A DNA stretch of 63,898 bases from assembly GCA_009703455.1 (NCBI GenBank), contig WLGB01000001.1, positions 1 to 63,898 on the forward strand, in the 5' to 3' direction. This DNA comes from Actinomycetota bacterium. GTDB taxonomy: Bacteria > Actinomycetota > Actinomycetes > Actinomycetales > Microbacteriaceae. The position numbers were made by a program, and so were the translations under genes. Below are positions 1-12,880 of this stretch, one piece after another. The notes beneath the pieces are model-generated. The model ran no database searches, had not been told where the DNA came from, and saw nothing but the letters and a program-made list of their open reading frames with translations. Each line of letters begins with the position of its first letter. Position 1 is the first letter of the stretch.

Positions 1-2
1 AA

Positions 3-677
3 ACACTAGAAGCGATGGGGGCCGACGCTATCGTTCTAAGGCATTCATCAAGCGGTTCGGCACATCGTTTGGCTCACACCGACTGGGTTGATTCTGCAGT
101 AATCAATGCTGGGGATGGCTCTCATGAGCATCCGAGTCAGGCACTTCTTGATGCGATGACCATCCGTCAGTCGTTTTGGCCAGACAACAGAGGTCGGGAT
201 CTCACGGGCTTAAAAGTCCTTATAGTTGGGGATATTTCCCACTCTCGCGTTGCTAGATCGAATCTGATTCTTCTTGACACGCTGGGCGCTGAGGCTCACG
301 TCGCCGGTCCTGCAACCTTGACGCCCGTTTCCTTGGTTGGTGTAGACCGAGTTCACTACTCATTCGACGAAGCTATTACGAATTTTGCGCCCGATGTTGT
401 GATGATGCTGAGAGTCCAACAGGAAAGAATGGACGCCTCATATTTTCCAACCGAGCGAGAATACTCGCGGGTATGGGGGCTCAACAAATCTAGACTTGCC
501 AAGTTGAGTTCTCGGACCATTGTGCTTCATCCTGGCCCCATGAATCGTGGGTTAGAAATCGATGCTGCAAGCGCGGACAGTTCCAACTCGCGAGTCCAGC
601 AGCAAGTCCGCAACGGCGTATCCGTGCGTATGGCTGTTCTCTACTCACTTCTTTCGGGAGAGAAATCCAATGACTAG
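3..677 (+). CDS. pyrB: Aspartate carbamoyltransferase catalytic subunit (5' truncated by window edge)
   Basis: Motifs [17 protein letters not shown], [27 protein letters not shown]. The frame is open to the window start. Confidence 0.97.
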   Translation, partial: TLEAMGADAIVLRHSSSGSAHRLAHTDWVDSAVINAGDGSHEHPSQALLDAMTIRQSFWPDNRGRDLTGLKVLIVGDISHSRVARSNLILLDTLGAEAHVAGPATLTPVSLVGVDRVHYSFDEAITNFAPDVVMMLRVQQERMDASYFPTEREYSRVWGLNKSRLAKLSSRTIVLHPGPMNRGLEIDAASADSSNSRVQQQVRNGVSVRMAVLYSLLSGEKSND

Positions 678-1965
678 CAACTTAATATTCACCGGGACAA
701 AAGACCTTGAAGGCAACGCGGTTGAAGTGGTGATTGAGAACGGTTTTATATCACGCGGCGCATCTGCTGGCATTGATCATGACCGTGTTGATTGCTCCGG
801 TCTAAGGGTGCTTCCGGGTTTCGTTGATTTACATACACACCTTAGAGAGCCAGGTTTTGAACAAAGCGAGACGGTGGCTTCCGGATCGCGAGCCGCCGCT
901 GCTGGTGGATTTACTGCAGTTCACGCCATGGCAAACACCTTCCCCGTTGCGGACACTGCCGGTGTCGTTGAACAGGTGGCAAGGCTTGGGCAGGAAGCCA
1001 GCCTGGTATTTGTTCAACCAATCGGTGCCGTCACAGTTGGACTAAGGGGAGAACAGCTTGCTGAGCTTGGGGCGATGGCCAATTCCAAAGCAGCGGTTCG
1101 GATTTTTAGTGACGATGGATACTGCGTTCATGACCCTGCTCTTATGCGGCGAGCTCTTGAATATGTAAAGGCATTCGGGGGAGTTATTGCACAGCATGCC
1201 CAGGACCCTAGGCTAACTGCGAACGCGCAGATGAATGAAGGCTCTCTTTCTACAAAACTCGGCCTTGCCGGTTGGCCTGCGGTTGCCGAGGAGGCAATTA
1301 TTGCCAGAGACCTGATGCTCACCGAACTAACACAGTCACGGCTTCACATCTGTCACGTGTCTACGGCAGGGTCTGTTGAACTCATTCGGCAAGCAAAGCT
1401 TCGTGGTATCCAAGTAACTGCTGAAGTCACACCGCATCACCTGTTGTTAACCGAAGCTCTAGCAGAAAGCTACGATCCGGTGTTTAAGGTGAATCCACCA
1501 CTGAGAACGCAAATCGATGTTGAAGCCGTTCGGCAGGGACTGATAGATGGAACCATCGATGCCATAGCTACGGACCACGCTCCACACCCGAAGGAGTCCA
1601 AGGATTCCGATTGGGCTAGCGCAGCTTTCGGAATGGTGGGTCTGGAATCTGCCTACTCCGTTGCGCAGCAGGTACTTGTTGACTCGGGCGTCTCTACGTT
1701 CTCGAGACTGGCTCAAGTGCTCTCTTTTGGTCCGGCACGAATTGGCGGACTTGTTGACCAGGGGCAGTATCTAAATCTAGGGAGTAAAGCAAATTTGGCT
1801 TTTGTTGACGAAGCCATGGAATGGAACCAGACCGCAAAGACCCAAAGCATGAGTGAAAATAATCCCTACCAGGGGCTGAAATTCAAAGGTGCGGTAGTCC
1901 ACACTGTTTATAACGGAGAATTTAGTTACAGGAATCGGAAGATAGTTGAAAGGGCCGCAAACTAA
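670..1965 (+). CDS. pyrC: Dihydroorotase
   Basis: [21 protein letters not shown] and ATDHAPH motifs. Start taken at ATG 670, overlapping the end of pyrB. Confidence 0.96.
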   Translation: MTSNLIFTGTKDLEGNAVEVVIENGFISRGASAGIDHDRVDCSGLRVLPGFVDLHTHLREPGFEQSETVASGSRAAAAGGFTAVHAMANTFPVADTAGVVEQVARLGQEASLVFVQPIGAVTVGLRGEQLAELGAMANSKAAVRIFSDDGYCVHDPALMRRALEYVKAFGGVIAQHAQDPRLTANAQMNEGSLSTKLGLAGWPAVAEEAIIARDLMLTELTQSRLHICHVSTAGSVELIRQAKLRGIQVTAEVTPHHLLLTEALAESYDPVFKVNPPLRTQIDVEAVRQGLIDGTIDAIATDHAPHPKESKDSDWASAAFGMVGLESAYSVAQQVLVDSGVSTFSRLAQVLSFGPARIGGLVDQGQYLNLGSKANLAFVDEAMEWNQTAKTQSMSENNPYQGLKFKGAVVHTVYNGEFSYRNRKIVERAAN

Positions 1966-2444
1966 TGCAGACAAGTGACATCGGACTCATTGGTCTGTTA
2001 GTTCTGTTAATTCTTATCGCTTCGGCGATTTTCAACTGGATCGCAAAGAGCCGGAATCAAAGCAGTGAGCTACCTATTCCGCAACCACTAGTTAATACTG
2101 TCTTAGGGCAGAAGGCCATGTACGTTGCTACTACATTTGCTGATAGGCCATTAGAAAGAGTTATCGCCCATGGTCTAGCACACCGAGGTTTTGCCTTAGT
2201 TGGTGTTTCCGATGAAGGAGTTTCAGTATCCAGAACAGGCGAGTCGAGTTTTCTTATTCCGACTCAGAGCCTGCTCCACCTGGGCAAGACAACAGCCGTT
2301 ATTGATCGGGTGGTAGAACAAGATGGCCTTACTTCGATTCGCTGGAAGCTAGGCACGGCAGAGGTTGAAACGCATTTCAGGTTTATTAGTTCGAGCGGGC
2401 GAGACGCTTTCGTTTACGCACTGAAAACGTTGGCAGGTGTTTAG
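1965..2444 (+). CDS. Conserved actinobacterial membrane-anchored protein of the pyr operon (PH-like domain, Rv1382-like position)
   Basis: N-terminal hydrophobic helix and YVATTxAxxPLERV motif. Sits between pyrC and carA, with a 1-nt overlap with pyrC. Confidence 0.75.
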   Translation: MQTSDIGLIGLLVLLILIASAIFNWIAKSRNQSSELPIPQPLVNTVLGQKAMYVATTFADRPLERVIAHGLAHRGFALVGVSDEGVSVSRTGESSFLIPTQSLLHLGKTTAVIDRVVEQDGLTSIRWKLGTAEVETHFRFISSSGRDAFVYALKTLAGV

Positions 2445-2447
2445 GTC

Positions 2448-3587
2448 TTGACGATAGCGAGACTTGTCCTTGAGGACGGCAAGGTTTTTGAAGGACTTGC
2501 CTTTGGAGCTGAAGGCCAAACCTTGGGTGAAGTTGTGTTTGCGACTGGCATGACTGGGTACCAGGAGACATTGACCGACCCATCATACGCGGGCCAGATT
2601 GTGGTGCAGACCGCGCCACACATTGGAATAACAGGGTTGAACACAAGGGACCAGGAGTCCAACCGAATCTGGGTATCAGGTTATGTCGTGCGCGAACCCT
2701 CGAGGATCGTCTCAAATCATCGCTCCGAAAGCTCGCTTGAAGAGGAACTTAGGGAGAACTTTGTAGTCGGTATAAGCGGTATCGACACAAGAGCTCTCAC
2801 CAGGCATATCAGATCGCTCGGGGCAATGCGAGCAGGCATCTTCTCTGGGCCCAGAGCGCAGCAGTCTCCGGAAAGACTTCTGGAAATTGTTAGGGAGGCC
2901 CCAGAGATGGCAGGCCTATCACTTAGCTCAGTTGTGACAACTCCAGACGCCTATGAAGTTCCTCACATGGGTCAATACATAGGTCGGGTCACAGTAGTTG
3001 ACCTTGGAATAAAACGTTCCACCATCGACCACATGATTAACCGTGGCCTCGTTGTAACAGTTTTGCCTGCTACCGCAAGAATTGATGCGGTCCTAGCTGC
3101 AAAGCCGGATGCCGTCTTTTTCTCCAACGGGCCTGGCGATCCGAGTGCATCTAAAGAACAAGTCACCGTGCTGCGAGAGATCCTCAAGCGGAGGATTCCA
3201 TTCTTTGGAATCTGCTTTGGAAACCAGCTTCTGGGTAGAGCTCTTGGGTTTGAAACATACAAGCTTGCATTCGGTCATCGGGGCATCAATCAGCCGATTC
3301 TAGATAGGAAGACAGGGCGGATAGAGGTGACTGCTCACAATCATGGCTTTGCAGTGCGAGTGCCTGGCGGCGAGTCCGGTGAACTAGTGCAGTCGCCCGG
3401 AGGCTTTGGCAAGGTTCGCGTCTCCCACATTAACCTCAACGACAACTGCGTCGAAGGACTTGAGTGTTTGGATCTACCGGCGTTCTCGGTGCAGTACCAC
3501 CCTGAAGCCGCAGCTGGTCCCCACGATTCGAACTATTTATTCGACCGCTTTGCAAAAATGATTACCAGCCGTGGGAGCAGAAGTTAA
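2448..3587 (+). CDS. carA: Carbamoyl-phosphate synthase small subunit
   Basis: [46 protein letters not shown] start. Confidence 0.98.
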   Translation: MTIARLVLEDGKVFEGLAFGAEGQTLGEVVFATGMTGYQETLTDPSYAGQIVVQTAPHIGITGLNTRDQESNRIWVSGYVVREPSRIVSNHRSESSLEEELRENFVVGISGIDTRALTRHIRSLGAMRAGIFSGPRAQQSPERLLEIVREAPEMAGLSLSSVVTTPDAYEVPHMGQYIGRVTVVDLGIKRSTIDHMINRGLVVTVLPATARIDAVLAAKPDAVFFSNGPGDPSASKEQVTVLREILKRRIPFFGICFGNQLLGRALGFETYKLAFGHRGINQPILDRKTGRIEVTAHNHGFAVRVPGGESGELVQSPGGFGKVRVSHINLNDNCVEGLECLDLPAFSVQYHPEAAAGPHDSNYLFDRFAKMITSRGSRS

Positions 3588-6500
3588 TGCCGCTAAGAGA
3601 GGATCTAAAGAGCGTTCTGGTCATTGGATCTGGCCCGATTGTGATTGGGCAAGCCTGCGAATTTGATTACTCTGGAACTCAGGCATGCCGGGTGCTAAGA
3701 GCCGAGGGTATTCGGGTAATCCTGGTGAACTCCAATCCCGCCACAATCATGACGGACCCCGACTTTGCTGACGCTACCTATGTCGAGCCAATTACAGCTC
3801 AAGTAATCGAGGCCATCATTGCCAAGGAAAGGCCCGACGCAATTCTCCCAACTCTGGGTGGACAAACCGCGCTCAACGCCGCGATGGAACTTCATGAGCT
3901 GGGCATCCTGGAGAAGTACAACGTTGAATTGATAGGCGCGAATATAGCTGCGATTAAAGCTGGCGAGGATCGTCAATCCTTCAAGCAGCTTGTGTTGGAC
4001 GCTGGCGCCGACGTTGCTAAATCGGTTATAGCAAGAGACATTGACGAGATTCTCGTCGGAGCAAAGCAGCTTGGTTATCCACTAGTTGTTCGACCTTCCT
4101 TCACAATGGGTGGCCTAGGTTCTGGCATTGCATACAACGAAGCCGATTTAATTCGGATAGCAGGAGCGGGACTGCAAGCCAGCCCTACAACAGAGGTCCT
4201 ACTTGAGGAGTCAATTCTCGGCTGGAAGGAGTATGAGCTTGAGCTCATGCGAGACAAGAACGACAACGCAGTTGTTGTTTGCTCTATCGAGAACGTAGAT
4301 CCAGTCGGCGTTCACACGGGGGACTCTATTACTGTTGCGCCTGCCCTAACACTTACAGATCGGGAGTATCAAAACCTCCGTGATATATCTATCCAAATAA
4401 TTCGGGATGTTGGGGTTGATACCGGTGGCTGCAACATTCAATTTGCCGTGGATCCTGCTGATGGTCGAGTAATCGTTATCGAAATGAACCCACGGGTTAG
4501 TAGATCGTCGGCTCTGGCATCAAAGGCCACCGGTTTTCCCATAGCAAAAATAGCAGCGAAGCTTGCTGTGGGATACACACTTGATGAAATCCCGAATGAC
4601 ATCACCAAAGTCACTCCGGCAAGCTTTGAACCAACGCTAGATTACGTTGTCGTGAAGGTACCGCGGTTTGCTTTTGAGAAGTTTCCGGCAGCGGACCCGA
4701 CATTAACAACAACTATGAAATCTGTAGGCGAGGCCATGGCGATAGGCAGAACCTTCTCACAGGCGTTGCAAAAGGCGCTTCGATCCTTAGAGAAGAGGGG
4801 CTCGTCGTTTCATTGGGACCAGAACGTCACCCCTGTCGCCGATCTCCTTATGTCCATTAGTCGTCCCACTGACGGCAGGTTTGTAGACGTTCAACAGGCC
4901 CTCTTCAAGGGAGCAACTGTCCAACAGGTATTTGATGCAACCAAGATAGATCCTTGGTTTCTGGACCAAATTGTTCTGATCAACGAGGTTGCGGCTGAAA
5001 TCCGCGACGCTCAAGAGCTAGATTTTGCAACATTTAGGATTGCAAAAACTCACGGTTTTAGTGATCACCAAATCGCAGCGTTGAGACGACTAGCCGAGGA
5101 GGACGTGCGCAGCTTGAGGCACCAACTCGGGCTTCGCCCGGTTTTCAAAACTGTCGACACTTGCGCTGGTGAATTTCCGGCTCTCACCCCGTATCACTAT
5201 TCGACTTACGAACAGGAAACTGAAGTTGCACCGTCTGATCGAAAGAAGGTAATTATTCTTGGGTCGGGACCTAACCGCATAGGTCAAGGAGTGGAGTTTG
5301 ACTACTCTTGCGTCCATGCTTGTTTTGCTTTGTCGGATGCAGGGTTTGAAACAATAATGATTAATTGCAATCCTGAAACTGTGTCCACAGACTATGACAC
5401 GTCGGACCGCCTGTACTTTGAGCCTTTGACTCTTGAGGATGTTTTAGAGGTCATTCATGCCGAGTCTGCATCTGGTGAAATCGTTGGTGTCGTGGTGCAA
5501 CTTGGTGGTCAAACAGCCCTTGGGTTAGCGCAAGGCCTGTCAAAAGAAGGCGTCCCGATTCTAGGAACCTCACCAGATGCCATTGATTTAGCTGAGGAAA
5601 GAGGATCGTTTTCGAAGATTCTAGACTCTGCCGGTTTGTTGGCTCCGGCAAACGGAACCGCCACTACTGTCCAGGAGGCTAAGGTAATCGCCAACCGAAT
5701 CGGTTTCCCGGTGCTTGTTCGACCATCTTTTGTCCTGGGTGGACGAGGAATGGAAATCATTTATGAGCAAAAGGGTATCGATGATTATTTCGGTCGCATT
5801 GAAGATCAGGCCATCGTTGGTCCGGCTCACCCGCTGTTGGTTGATCGTTTTCTCGAAGATGCAATTGAAATCGATGTCGATGCCCTTTACGACGGAGTCG
5901 AACTGTATGTCGGCGGGGTCATGGAGCACATTGAGGAGGCTGGAATACACTCTGGCGACTCAAGTTGCACACTGCCGCCCATCACCTTAAGCGATTCTCA
6001 GATTGCCAGAGTTAGAGATGCTACCGAGAGGATTGCTAGGGGAGTCGGAGTAAGAGGGCTACTAAACGTCCAGTTTGCTCTTGCGGCTGATGTTCTCTAT
6101 GTTCTGGAAGCCAATCCCAGGGCATCGCGAACAGTACCGTTTGTTTCAAAGGCGCTGGGTATTACCCTGGCAAAAGCAGCCGCTCTTGTGATGGTAGGAA
6201 GAAGCATTAATCAACTGAAGTCTGAAGGACATCTTCCCCTACTTGACGGGACGCACATCCCGAGCAACGCTCCAATCTCAGTCAAAGAGGCTGTCCTTCC
6301 ATTTAAGCGTTTTGCCACTCCCGACGGTAGATTCGTTGACTCACTTCTTGGTCCCGAGATGAGATCTACTGGTGAAGTCATGGGAATCGATGTTGACTTT
6401 CCTAAGGCTTTCGCAAAGTCCCAGGCAGCTGCGGGGAGCGCACTTCCGACTCGTGGACGAATCTTCATATCTGTGGCAGATCGCGATAAGCCTCAAATGC

Positions 6501-6886
6501 TGCTTGCGGTTCGAAGGTTGGGTCAGCTTGGATACGAAATTCTTGCTACTGCAGGGACCGCTCAGATACTTCAAAGACATGGGATCAGCGCTAAAGCCGT
6601 TCGTAAACATAGCCAGGGTTCATCTCCTACTGAAGGGCCAACGATCGTTGAACTAATAACCGCGGGGGAGATAGACGTAGTTGTCAACACACCAACGGGC
6701 TCAGCGGCAAGGAAAGACGGTTATGAGATTAGGGCTGCAACCACCGCTGCAGATAGGCCAATTTTCACCACACTTGCACAACTGAGCTCTGCAATTGGCT
6801 CCTTCGAAGCTGTGATTGCCGGACCATTTGATGTGAAGTCCTTACAAGAGCACGCTGCCGATCGCAAGGCGGCCCTAAGTGCCTAG
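3587..6886 (+). CDS. carB: Carbamoyl-phosphate synthase large subunit
   Basis: [17 protein letters not shown], a duplicated ATP-grasp domain and a C-terminal MGS domain; 1099 aa. Confidence 0.99.
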   Translation: MPLREDLKSVLVIGSGPIVIGQACEFDYSGTQACRVLRAEGIRVILVNSNPATIMTDPDFADATYVEPITAQVIEAIIAKERPDAILPTLGGQTALNAAMELHELGILEKYNVELIGANIAAIKAGEDRQSFKQLVLDAGADVAKSVIARDIDEILVGAKQLGYPLVVRPSFTMGGLGSGIAYNEADLIRIAGAGLQASPTTEVLLEESILGWKEYELELMRDKNDNAVVVCSIENVDPVGVHTGDSITVAPALTLTDREYQNLRDISIQIIRDVGVDTGGCNIQFAVDPADGRVIVIEMNPRVSRSSALASKATGFPIAKIAAKLAVGYTLDEIPNDITKVTPASFEPTLDYVVVKVPRFAFEKFPAADPTLTTTMKSVGEAMAIGRTFSQALQKALRSLEKRGSSFHWDQNVTPVADLLMSISRPTDGRFVDVQQALFKGATVQQVFDATKIDPWFLDQIVLINEVAAEIRDAQELDFATFRIAKTHGFSDHQIAALRRLAEEDVRSLRHQLGLRPVFKTVDTCAGEFPALTPYHYSTYEQETEVAPSDRKKVIILGSGPNRIGQGVEFDYSCVHACFALSDAGFETIMINCNPETVSTDYDTSDRLYFEPLTLEDVLEVIHAESASGEIVGVVVQLGGQTALGLAQGLSKEGVPILGTSPDAIDLAEERGSFSKILDSAGLLAPANGTATTVQEAKVIANRIGFPVLVRPSFVLGGRGMEIIYEQKGIDDYFGRIEDQAIVGPAHPLLVDRFLEDAIEIDVDALYDGVELYVGGVMEHIEEAGIHSGDSSCTLPPITLSDSQIARVRDATERIARGVGVRGLLNVQFALAADVLYVLEANPRASRTVPFVSKALGITLAKAAALVMVGRSINQLKSEGHLPLLDGTHIPSNAPISVKEAVLPFKRFATPDGRFVDSLLGPEMRSTGEVMGIDVDFPKAFAKSQAAAGSALPTRGRIFISVADRDKPQMLLAVRRLGQLGYEILATAGTAQILQRHGISAKAVRKHSQGSSPTEGPTIVELITAGEIDVVVNTPTGSAARKDGYEIRAATTAADRPIFTTLAQLSSAIGSFEAVIAGPFDVKSLQEHAADRKAALSA

Positions 6887-7706
6887 CTTCGCGAACCGGC
6901 TATCGGAGCAGTTTGCTTCCTTCGGTCAGCTGTGCGTTGGTATAGATCCCAGTGCCGAACAGCTCGGTCAATGGTCCTTACCGGATAGCGCCAACGGCGC
7001 TAAAAGGTTTGCACTTGAAATCCTCGAGGCAAGCCAAGGGCAAGTTGGCATTGTTAAGCCACAAGTGGCTTTTTTCGAACAGTACGGCGCGGTCGGATTA
7101 GCAGCTTTGAACGAGGTGATGTCGAGAGCCAAGGAAATGGGTTTTTTGGTGATTGCTGACGCTAAGCGCGGGGACATCGGTAGCACAATGGCCGGCTACG
7201 CCCGCGCGTGGCTTTCTGAAGAAGCTACCTTCGAAGCCGACGCACTAACTCTGAGTCCATTTCTTGGACTTGAAACCCTCCGGCAAACAATAGACACAGC
7301 TTTGAGCAATCAAAAAGGAGTATTTATTCTTTCTGCAACTTCAAACCCAGAGGCCGCCAGCATTCAAACTGCAATGATTGGATCCCAAAGTGTTGCGGCA
7401 TCAGTTGCTAGCTTTGCAGCTTCTTTTGTTGACACTGATCTTGGTTCGGTTGGACTAGTTTTAGGAGCAACGGTTGATTTGGAATCGTTCGGTCTGGTAG
7501 CAGATGGATTAGTAAACGTACCTGTACTTATGCCTGGCTTTGGACAACAAGGAGCTTCGCTTACGACAGTATCGACCCGGTACAAGTTATTTAGGAGCGG
7601 TTTGATTTGCAATGTATCCAGATCTGTTGCGGGAGATTCTGCAACTGGGCTTACAAATCGAATTTCCTCAGCGAAAAGAGAACTTGAGCAAGGATTGGAA
7701 AGATGA
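6879..7706 (+). CDS. pyrF: Orotidine-5'-phosphate decarboxylase
   Basis: [15 protein letters not shown] and [10 protein letters not shown] motifs. Confidence 0.96.
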   Translation: MPSFANRLSEQFASFGQLCVGIDPSAEQLGQWSLPDSANGAKRFALEILEASQGQVGIVKPQVAFFEQYGAVGLAALNEVMSRAKEMGFLVIADAKRGDIGSTMAGYARAWLSEEATFEADALTLSPFLGLETLRQTIDTALSNQKGVFILSATSNPEAASIQTAMIGSQSVAASVASFAASFVDTDLGSVGLVLGATVDLESFGLVADGLVNVPVLMPGFGQQGASLTTVSTRYKLFRSGLICNVSRSVAGDSATGLTNRISSAKRELEQGLER

Positions 7707-8263
7707 CCATAAATGGAAAGCTAGTCGTAATTGCTGGCCCCTCAGCGGTAGGCAAGGGTACTCTCGCGAGCTTCATCGTCCAAAACTATCCGAGTTTTCA
7801 TTTGTCGGTATCCTCAACCACTAGAGCCCCTAGAAGCGGTGAGATCCACGGACTCTCATACTTTTTTCTAAGCCAGGAGGAGTTCTCTAAACAAGTCGAA
7901 GCCGGCCAGATGTTGGAGTGGGCCACGGTCCACGGTAAGCACAGCTACGGGACCCCTAGGTCTCCGGTGGAGAAGGCTCTGGCCAGCGGTCAAAACGTTC
8001 TTCTGGAAATCGATGTTCAGGGGGCGTTTCAGGTCAAAAAAGCCCTGCCAGAGGCACTGTTGGTGTTTGTGAGCCCACCTCATTTTGATGACCTAAAGGA
8101 CAGACTTGATAAAAGAGGCACAGAATCTGAGTTGGACAAGGCAATTCGGCTAGAAACAGCGAAACAGGAAATAGCCGAAGCAACAAAGTTCGACTTTCAG
8201 GTGATTAATGATGATGTGGCAAGATGTGCCCACGAGGTCGTAGAATTGAGCCAAGCCACCTAA
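7703..8263 (+). CDS. gmk: Guanylate kinase
   Basis: [10 protein letters not shown]-loop, TTRAPRx[10 protein letters not shown]. Confidence 0.97.
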   Translation: MTINGKLVVIAGPSAVGKGTLASFIVQNYPSFHLSVSSTTRAPRSGEIHGLSYFFLSQEEFSKQVEAGQMLEWATVHGKHSYGTPRSPVEKALASGQNVLLEIDVQGAFQVKKALPEALLVFVSPPHFDDLKDRLDKRGTESELDKAIRLETAKQEIAEATKFDFQVINDDVARCAHEVVELSQAT

Positions 8264-8279
8264 TCTTTGGAAAGTTGTT

Positions 8280-8534
8280 ATGTCTGAAAAGCTCGAAGGA
8301 ATTGTTTCTCCATCAATCGACAGATTGATGGACCGCGTTGACTCCAAATACGAGTTAGTAATGTTTGCAGCTAAGCGAGCTCGCCAGATCAACGACTATT
8401 ACTCAGCTCTTCATGAAGGAAGCCTTTTTAGCAATGTTGGTCCTCTGGTCGATGTGACTATTGACGAGAAGCCACTGACTATCGCCCTACACGAGGTGGA
8501 CCAGGGTCTTCTTTCAAAGCGCCACCTAGACTAA
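8280..8534 (+). CDS. rpoZ: RNA polymerase omega subunit
   Basis: [16 protein letters not shown] and KPLTIALHE; gmk-rpoZ-coaBC synteny. Confidence 0.96.
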   Translation: MSEKLEGIVSPSIDRLMDRVDSKYELVMFAAKRARQINDYYSALHEGSLFSNVGPLVDVTIDEKPLTIALHEVDQGLLSKRHLD

Positions 8535-8547
8535 CAGGCGTCTAGCA

Positions 8548-9747
8548 GTGGCCAACGTAGTCGTCGGTGTCACCGGTGGTATAGCGGCGTACAAAAGTGC
8601 TCCTCTTATAAGACTTTTCTCCGAATCCGGCCACAACGTGCAGGTTGTCGCCACCGAAAACGCATTCAAGTTCATAGGGAAGACAACTCTGGAGGCTCTT
8701 TCTAAGAATCCAGTGTCCGTGGTTGACCCAGATCTTTTTACTGACGTTGATCAGGTGAAGCACATCGCTATTGCAAAATCGGCAGATCTAATAGTCGTTG
8801 CGCCAGCGACGGCATCATTTATTGCTAAGATTTCCGCCGGAATTGCCGACGACTTACTAACGACCACGGTTCTTGCTGCCAAAGTACCGGTTGTTCTCGC
8901 ACCAGCTATGCATTCCGAAATGTGGGAGAACGCTGCAACCATGGCCAACATCGCAACGCTCGAATCTAGGGGCTATGAAATAGTGGCCCCTGGTGTTGGA
9001 CGATTGACAGGCGATGACAGTGGAGTTGGACGACTTGCTGAACCGAAAGAAATCTTCGAAGCTTCACTGGCGCAACTAAAGGGACCGCTCACCGGAATTA
9101 GGATTTGCGTAACTGCAGGTGGTACCAGGGAGCCAATAGACGCCGTGAGGTACGTCGGAAACTATTCTTCGGGGAAACAAGGTGTTGCCTTCGCAACCGA
9201 GGCTAAACACCTAGGAGCAGAGGTTCACCTCATCGCTGTAAACCTTGATGAGCAAATGTACAAAGGGTTTGACGTCACTTGCGTTGGGACCGCTGCTGAA
9301 TTAGGTAAGGCAGTGGCCGCAAAAAGGGATTGGTTTGGTGTTTTAATCATGGCTGCGGCTGTTTCTGACTATTCTCCAGTAAGTCCATCTGATCAGAAAT
9401 TGAAGCGCTCCGAGATTGGTAGCAACCTGGAGCTACAGCTGAGGGCAAACCCGGACATTTTGCTTGAAACAACTAATGCACTCAAAGCCGGTTCGAGGAA
9501 AGCAATTACCATTGGTTTTGCAGCTGAAGCGGACCCCGACCTTGCTACTCTCGGGAAATCGAAACTAGCTTCCAAGGGTTGTGACTACGTAATTGCCAAC
9601 GACATAAGTGGTGGAAGCGTATTCGGCAGTGATCAGAATAAAGTTCTGTTGATATCGGGTGATTCACTAAAGGAATACGAGGGAAGCAAGTCCAGCATTG
9701 CAAAGGCCATATTGATGGAACTGCAAAGCAAGATTGGGGGATCATGA
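8548..9747 (+). CDS. coaBC: Bifunctional phosphopantothenoylcysteine decarboxylase / phosphopantothenate-cysteine ligase
   Basis: [33 protein letters not shown] and GFAAE motifs. Confidence 0.96.
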   Translation: MANVVVGVTGGIAAYKSAPLIRLFSESGHNVQVVATENAFKFIGKTTLEALSKNPVSVVDPDLFTDVDQVKHIAIAKSADLIVVAPATASFIAKISAGIADDLLTTTVLAAKVPVVLAPAMHSEMWENAATMANIATLESRGYEIVAPGVGRLTGDDSGVGRLAEPKEIFEASLAQLKGPLTGIRICVTAGGTREPIDAVRYVGNYSSGKQGVAFATEAKHLGAEVHLIAVNLDEQMYKGFDVTCVGTAAELGKAVAAKRDWFGVLIMAAAVSDYSPVSPSDQKLKRSEIGSNLELQLRANPDILLETTNALKAGSRKAITIGFAAEADPDLATLGKSKLASKGCDYVIANDISGGSVFGSDQNKVLLISGDSLKEYEGSKSSIAKAILMELQSKIGGS

Positions 9748-10937
9748 CCAAACTGAGGCAATTCACTTCAGAGTCAGTGACCGAAGGTCACCCGGACAAA
9801 GTTTGCGATCAAATTTCTGACGCCATTTTGGATGCGATGTTGGTGCAAGACCCAAATGCAAGAGTCGCGGTAGAAACAATGGTGACAACTGGTTTGGTAC
9901 ACGTGGCGGGAGAGGTCTCCACCTCGGGCTACGTTGAGATTCCTTCGATTGTTAGAGAGACGATTCTTGGAATCGGCTACAACTCGTCGAAGATTGGCTT
10001 TGACGGGGAAAGCTGTGGAGTGTCAGTGTCGATTGGCCAACAGTCGCCGGACATCGCACAAGGAGTCGATGCGGGTCTTGAGGTTCGGGACCTTGGTTCA
10101 ACGGATCGTTTCGAAACTCAAGGTGCGGGTGATCAGGGTCTTATGTTTGGATACGCCAGCAATGAAACTGCGACATTCATGCCGACTGCCATTTTTCTAG
10201 CTCATAAGCTTTCAGAAAAACTTGCACAAGTTAGAAAGAGTGGGCAAGTTGCCTTCCTTCGACCTGATGGTAAGACTCAGGTCACCGTTGGTTTCGATGG
10301 TGCGACGCCAAAAACTATCGAAGCCATTGTTGTGTCTAGCCAACATGACGATGGAATTTCGCAATCGGACATTCATGCGGCTATTAATGAGTCAGTTATC
10401 ACTCCGATACTTGAGGAATCTGGTCTTGATTATTCAGCTGCCAAGTATTTCATCAACCCAACCGGCAAATTCGTTTTCGGTGGACCGCAGGGTGATGCTG
10501 GCCTGACTGGTCGCAAAATCATTGTCGACACCTACGGTGGCGCTGCCAGACATGGTGGCGGAGCATTCAGCGGTAAGGACCCATCGAAGGTTGATCGCTC
10601 GGCAGCGTATGCCATGCGCTGGGTCGCCAAAAATGTTGTGGCTTCGGGAGCAGCAGACCGCGCCGAGGTCCAAGTTGCCTATGCAATTGGTGTTGCAAAC
10701 CCAGTCGGTGTCTACCTCGAGACTTTTGGAACCGAAAAGATTGAGACTTCACTTATCGAAGCAGCCATACGCGACATATTTGATCTGCGGCCGCGCGCAA
10801 TCGTTGAGCAGTTAGAACTCCTAAGGCCGATTTACGCAAAGACTGCAGCTTACGGACACTTTGGAAGAGAGCTTCCTGGGTTCACGTGGGAGAATCTTGA
10901 CCGTGTAGACGCGCTGCGATCAGCTCTTAACATTTAG
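9744..10937 (+). CDS. metK: S-adenosylmethionine synthetase
   Basis: [28 protein letters not shown]. Confidence 0.99.
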   Translation: MTKLRQFTSESVTEGHPDKVCDQISDAILDAMLVQDPNARVAVETMVTTGLVHVAGEVSTSGYVEIPSIVRETILGIGYNSSKIGFDGESCGVSVSIGQQSPDIAQGVDAGLEVRDLGSTDRFETQGAGDQGLMFGYASNETATFMPTAIFLAHKLSEKLAQVRKSGQVAFLRPDGKTQVTVGFDGATPKTIEAIVVSSQHDDGISQSDIHAAINESVITPILEESGLDYSAAKYFINPTGKFVFGGPQGDAGLTGRKIIVDTYGGAARHGGGAFSGKDPSKVDRSAAYAMRWVAKNVVASGAADRAEVQVAYAIGVANPVGVYLETFGTEKIETSLIEAAIRDIFDLRPRAIVEQLELLRPIYAKTAAYGHFGRELPGFTWENLDRVDALRSALNI

Positions 10938-10938
10938 C

Positions 10939-12867
10939 ATGTCCAAGATAGCTAGGTTGGCTATCCAGTCTGGATTGCCTCAACTCGATAGATTGTTTGA
11001 TTACGTAGTCCCAGATGCCTTGCTAGACAACATTTCTATAGGGTCTCGAGTAAAAGTTGGGTTCGGGAACTCAAAGAAATCACTCGAGGCGTTTGTAATT
11101 GAATTTGCCGAATCTTCCGATTTCAAAGGGCAACTGTCTGAAGTTCAATCGATTGTTGGTACTGGCGCATTCTTAGAATCGGAAATCTTCTTGCTGTGTA
11201 GGCAACTTGCTGAAAGAAGCGCCTGCGCTTTAGGGGAAGTTCTCAAGACCGCTATTCCAGCTCACATGCCGCGCGCTTATGCAGCGCATACAGCATTTAG
11301 TGAAGTCACTGATGCTATTCAGGGGGAGATGGCGTCGACTTTCGAGGCGGAGTATCTGTCGGAACTTGCTGCTGCTGGTGCTAGAGCATTTCTACTCTCG
11401 GAACCTCGGGAACTTAAGCTTGCCCTAGGTCAAAAGCAGATAAGCACGCCTGCTTGGCTAGCTTTGTTTTTGGCAATCGCAGTCAAGAACATACAGCGGG
11501 GACAGTCCACGATCATTTTGGTGCCTGATTATCGAGAGCACACCATCGTCGTGAGTGCGATAAAAGCTTTAGGGCTTGATAGTTATCTCGCCGATTATTC
11601 ACAGGAGCAGGCGAAATCGAAACAGTACACCGGTTTCTTGCGCGCGTTGGACCGTCAACCTCGGATTGTTGTGGGTTCCCGATCAGCCGCATTCGCACCA
11701 GTGCACAAGCTAGGTTCAATTCTTTTGTATGACGAATCTGATCGAAGCTACGTAGATCAATCCTCGCCCTACCTGCACACCAGAGATGTTGCGTTGGTAC
11801 GAGAGTCAATTCAGGATTGCTCATTGGTTATGGCGTCTCATTCGATGTCCACGGATGTAAGACGATTGTTAGACACTGGATACCTCTCTGACGCGACCCT
11901 TAGCTACTCGCCACCCCGAATTTCCATTTCAGAACCTGGCCTTCGAGTGGACTCTCATGCCTACAACGCAATCAGGCAGGGATTAATTGTGGGGTCTGTT
12001 CTTGTTCAGGTAGCCTCCCTAGGAGATAGCACGGCCCTGTACTGCAAGTTGTGCGACGAAGTTGCCCGCTGCCCCAATTGCAGTGGTCCGCTCTGGGTCG
12101 ACAGTGGCGGGTCAAAGAAATGCCGTTGGTGCAACGGCTTTGCGTTGGACTACCTGTGCAACTGTGGCTCTGCCGAGTTTTCCCTAGGACGGGCGGGTGC
12201 TACACGAACTGCCGCAGAGCTCGGCAAATCATTCCCATCAGCCCGAGTAGTCGAGTCAACCGGAGAAAACCGGTTAGTTCGCATTAAGCCAGGGAAGACG
12301 CTAGTGGTTGCAACAGCGGGAGCTGAGCCATATCTTGCAGGCGGGTATGCTGCTGTGGTCTTGCTGGATGCTCGCATTTTTCTGGGTAAACAAAATCTTC
12401 GATCCCTTGAGGAATCTGTAAGAGTGTGGTCGAATGCGGTCGCGAAGCTGGCTACGAAGTCAAATGGCGTTCTAGTGGGCGTTTCAGGTGAACTGGCTCA
12501 GCTTTTTGCGCTGTGGGACCACTCAAGGATTTCCAGCAATGAGCTTGCGGCCAGAAAGGAACTGCAATTACCCCCCGCCGTTCGCATGGGAAGCGTGACG
12601 GCTGAACTGAATCTGGTCAGCGCTATTTCGGAATCGCTTTCTCAATTCGGCTCAGTTGTGAAAATCGGGCCTGCACCGGTGCCTGGAAAGCCAGGCTCTA
12701 GTCTGTGGAGACTGATTTTCAAGTACCAGTATTCCGAGGGTATTTCGCTGGCAAGGCACCTAAAGAGTGAGGTCACGCGCATCGCAAGCGGAAGATCTAG
12801 AGTCACCGATTCTGGGCGTAATGCCCGGGCAGTGACGATAAAGATGAATGACGCTGAAGTAGTCTAG
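10939..12867 (+). CDS. priA: Primosomal protein N' (actinobacterial type, degenerate helicase motifs)
   Basis: LDRLFDY N-terminus, VVGSRSAAFAP and a Cys-rich region (CKLC, CPNC, CRWC, CNC); metK-priA-fmt synteny. Confidence 0.9.
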   Translation: MSKIARLAIQSGLPQLDRLFDYVVPDALLDNISIGSRVKVGFGNSKKSLEAFVIEFAESSDFKGQLSEVQSIVGTGAFLESEIFLLCRQLAERSACALGEVLKTAIPAHMPRAYAAHTAFSEVTDAIQGEMASTFEAEYLSELAAAGARAFLLSEPRELKLALGQKQISTPAWLALFLAIAVKNIQRGQSTIILVPDYREHTIVVSAIKALGLDSYLADYSQEQAKSKQYTGFLRALDRQPRIVVGSRSAAFAPVHKLGSILLYDESDRSYVDQSSPYLHTRDVALVRESIQDCSLVMASHSMSTDVRRLLDTGYLSDATLSYSPPRISISEPGLRVDSHAYNAIRQGLIVGSVLVQVASLGDSTALYCKLCDEVARCPNCSGPLWVDSGGSKKCRWCNGFALDYLCNCGSAEFSLGRAGATRTAAELGKSFPSARVVESTGENRLVRIKPGKTLVVATAGAEPYLAGGYAAVVLLDARIFLGKQNLRSLEESVRVWSNAVAKLATKSNGVLVGVSGELAQLFALWDHSRISSNELAARKELQLPPAVRMGSVTAELNLVSAISESLSQFGSVVKIGPAPVPGKPGSSLWRLIFKYQYSEGISLARHLKSEVTRIASGRSRVTDSGRNARAVTIKMNDAEVV

Positions 12868-12880
12868 GCACGGAGAGAAC

